A stretch of DNA of 64,000 nucleotides from Sphyrna mokarran. Its lineage: Eukaryota. The notes under the pieces are model-generated. The model ran no database searches. It was not told where the DNA came from and was given only the letters and a program-made list of their open reading frames with translations. This document shows positions 61,736 through 64,000 of the stretch, piece after piece (position 1 is the first letter of the stretch; each line of letters opens with the position of its first letter). A program made the translations under genes and the position numbers. Where the stretch lies: positions 113,398,001 through 113,462,000 of the forward strand of contig JAGIQG010000001.1 in the NCBI GenBank assembly GCA_024679065.1, written 5' to 3'.

Positions 61736-62141
61736 ACTAATATCTCCTGGCTCATCGTGCCACTGGTGCAGTGCAGCAGGCTGGGAGAATCCCAGCCGTT
61801 ATATTGGAATACCTATGGTAGAAGTACACAGCCGAGAAGGGAAACAAGAGGTAATCATAGTTGTTTGGTTCTATGTTGGTCAGAACATTCCTGTGACAGC
61901 GAAGGGCGGAAGTTGAAGAGATGGGAAAGTTGTAAGATGCTGGTCAAATGAGAGACTGCAGTGCAGGGGAGATGCCAAATATGAAGCTAGATTCAAGTAA
62001 GCTTCTTAGATCGAGGTAAAGCACAGCTGCTCCTTCTGGTTCACAATCAGTTGTTTTAAATGTATTTACCTTATAGATCCAAGCCTTCTTGCCTTATTTT
62101 ACATGCCTGTCGTCTTAAACCTTGGATAACCCAGCCAAAAT

Positions 62142-62455
62142 GGGCAGCACAGTGACAGTGTTGGCACTTTTACCTCATTGTGCCAGAGACCTTGAGTCAA
62201 TTCCAGCTTCAGGTCACTGTCTGTGTGGAGTTTGCACATTCTATCCACGCCTGCGTGGATTTCCTCCGGGTGCTCCAGTTTCCTCCCACAGTGCGGATTA
62301 GATTGATTGGCCATGTTGAATTGCCTCTCTGAGTCAGGAATAAACAGGGTAAATATGTGGGGCTATGAGGCTAGGGCCTGGGTGGAATTGTTGTTGGTGC
62401 AGGCTGGATGGGCCAACTTGACCTCCTTCTGCACATAGAGATTCTATGATTCTAT
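62142..62455 (+). mobile_element. HE1-like SINE
   Basis: It has the body GTGTGGAGTTTGCACATTCT..TTTCCTCCGGGTGCTCCAGTTTCCTCCCACAG and an (ATTCTATG)n tail. Confidence 0.85.
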
Positions 62456-62749
62456 GACTATAAAACAGGTTCAAAATATAAAGCCTGTAGAATCGCAGGT
62501 ATTAAAGGCTGTCTCATTTAATGTCTCACTCTAGGCTGCTACTACCTGTCCCACGTGAAAATTCATTATTCACCAGATCATATGACTCTTCTTTAGTCAC
62601 ACAGACTCAAAACACTAACACTATTTTCTCTCTCTACCACACCTGCTGAGCTTTTCCAGCATTTTCCATTTTTGTTTCACACTCCAGCATCCAAGGTATT
62701 TTATTTGTTCATCAGCTCCCTGTACCTACCTCCCTCAAAGAAAATAAAG

Positions 62750-63875
62750 GATAGGATCAGAAATAGATCATATCAGCCTGATCAGCCATTCAATACAATC
62801 TTGGCTGATTCTTGGCTTCAACTCCATTCCTCCAGTTGTCCTCCACATCCCTTGATTCCCTCACAGACCAAAAAACTGTCTACGGTAGCATTAAAGCTGA
62901 AGGTTCCACATATCTCTGTGGTAGAGAATTCTGAAGATTCATGAGTCTTTGAGTGAAGCAATTTTTCCTCATCTCATTCCTTAACGATCAGCTCCTAACC
63001 TTAATATCGTGCCCCTGTGTTCTAGATTCCTCCACCAGTGGAAACAACCTCTCAGTGTCTAGACTATCAGAATCTTATATATTTTGATGAAATTACCTCT
63101 CAATCTTTTAAACTCCAAAGAATATAGGCCCACATTACTCAGTCTTTCTTTTTCAATTTTTTTTACAGGCCTTGGGCATCACAGGCTAGCTCAGCATTTA
63201 TTGCTCATCCATAACTGCCCTGCATTTTAGTAGACATTTGAGAGTCAACCACATTGTGGTTCTGGAGTCACATGTAGGTCAGACAGCCAATTTCCTTCCC
63301 TAAGGGACACTAGTGAACCAAGTGGGTTTTTACAACATTCAACAATGTTGTCATAGTCATCATTAGTCTTATAATTCCATTGAATTCAAATTTCACCATC
63401 TGTTGTGGTAGCATTTGAACCCCAATCCCCAGGTCTTGCTCTGGCTCACTGGACTACTAGTCCAATGACAATACCACCATGCCACTGCATTCCCACCATA
63501 GGACATCCATCCCATTCCAGGGACTAGTCTAGTGAATCTTCACTGTACGGCCTCCAGTGCAAACATAGCCTTTCTTAAATATGGAGACCAAAACTGCACG
63601 CATTACTCCTAGTGTGGTATCACTGTACAAAAGTAGCAGCATTTTCTTTATTTCAGTCCTCTAATTCCTTGCAATAAAGGCCAACATGTTATCAACCTTC
63701 CCAATTGCTTGCTTGATCTGCATGCTAACGATCTGAGTTTGTTGTACAAGCATACCCACATCTCTCTGAACATCAACCTTTTCAAGTTTCATGGCTATTA
63801 AAAAATATTCTGCTTTTCTATTTTTATAACCAAAGTGAATAACTCCACACTTCCCCACATTACGCTCCATTTGCT
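62750..63875 (-). mobile_element. Decayed CR1 ORF2 3' part interrupted by a family-B SINE (~63160-63490)
   Basis: It reads MERNVGKCGVIHFG..KVDVQRD.GMLV. The SINE body is nested, and the CR1 resumes at ~63495. Confidence 0.75.
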
Positions 63876-64000
63876 ATCCAGCTGAGAAAATAATGATACA
63901 GTCATAGGTAATTCAGAGCACCTAGTTCATACTCTGGGGACATGGGTTTAAATCCTGTCACTGCAGATGGTGGAATTTAAATTCAATTCAATAATTTGAG

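Noticed and set aside
1-64000. CRISPR arrays, operons or prokaryotic defence-type systems
   Set aside because: The sequence is vertebrate genomic DNA with spliceosomal introns, and no regularly spaced repeat-spacer array was seen.

Overview
This is eukaryotic vertebrate DNA, most likely from a cartilaginous fish such as a shark. That assignment is inferred from the repeat content: HE1-like tRNA SINEs, CR1 LINEs with (TGTTCTA)n tails and Penelope fragments. The window holds one host protein-coding gene, a + strand TNIP3 (ABIN-3)-like gene reconstructed by hand from GT-AG exons. Ten well-supported exons span 17866-38714 and encode about 340 aa, including an NxxW coiled coil, a UBAN ubiquitin-binding motif and a Pro/Tyr-rich tail. 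A probable first coding exon lies at 9149-9223, with less certain exons in between. The rest is intron or intergenic sequence packed with LINEs, SINEs, GC-rich TIR elements and a solo-LTR-like element. Most entries in the ORF track are spurious or are transposon fragments. The best leads are a phase-compatible 599-nt candidate TNIP3 exon carrying two in-frame TGA codons, a second degenerate UBAN-like motif, a possibly shifted splice acceptor, a solo LTR with a 7-bp flanking duplication, and a young CR1 RT ORF whose ATG comes from its target-site duplication. I found no evidence of a wholly new multi-gene system. Repeat boundaries are approximate. Homology statements come from recall of protein families, not from database searches.
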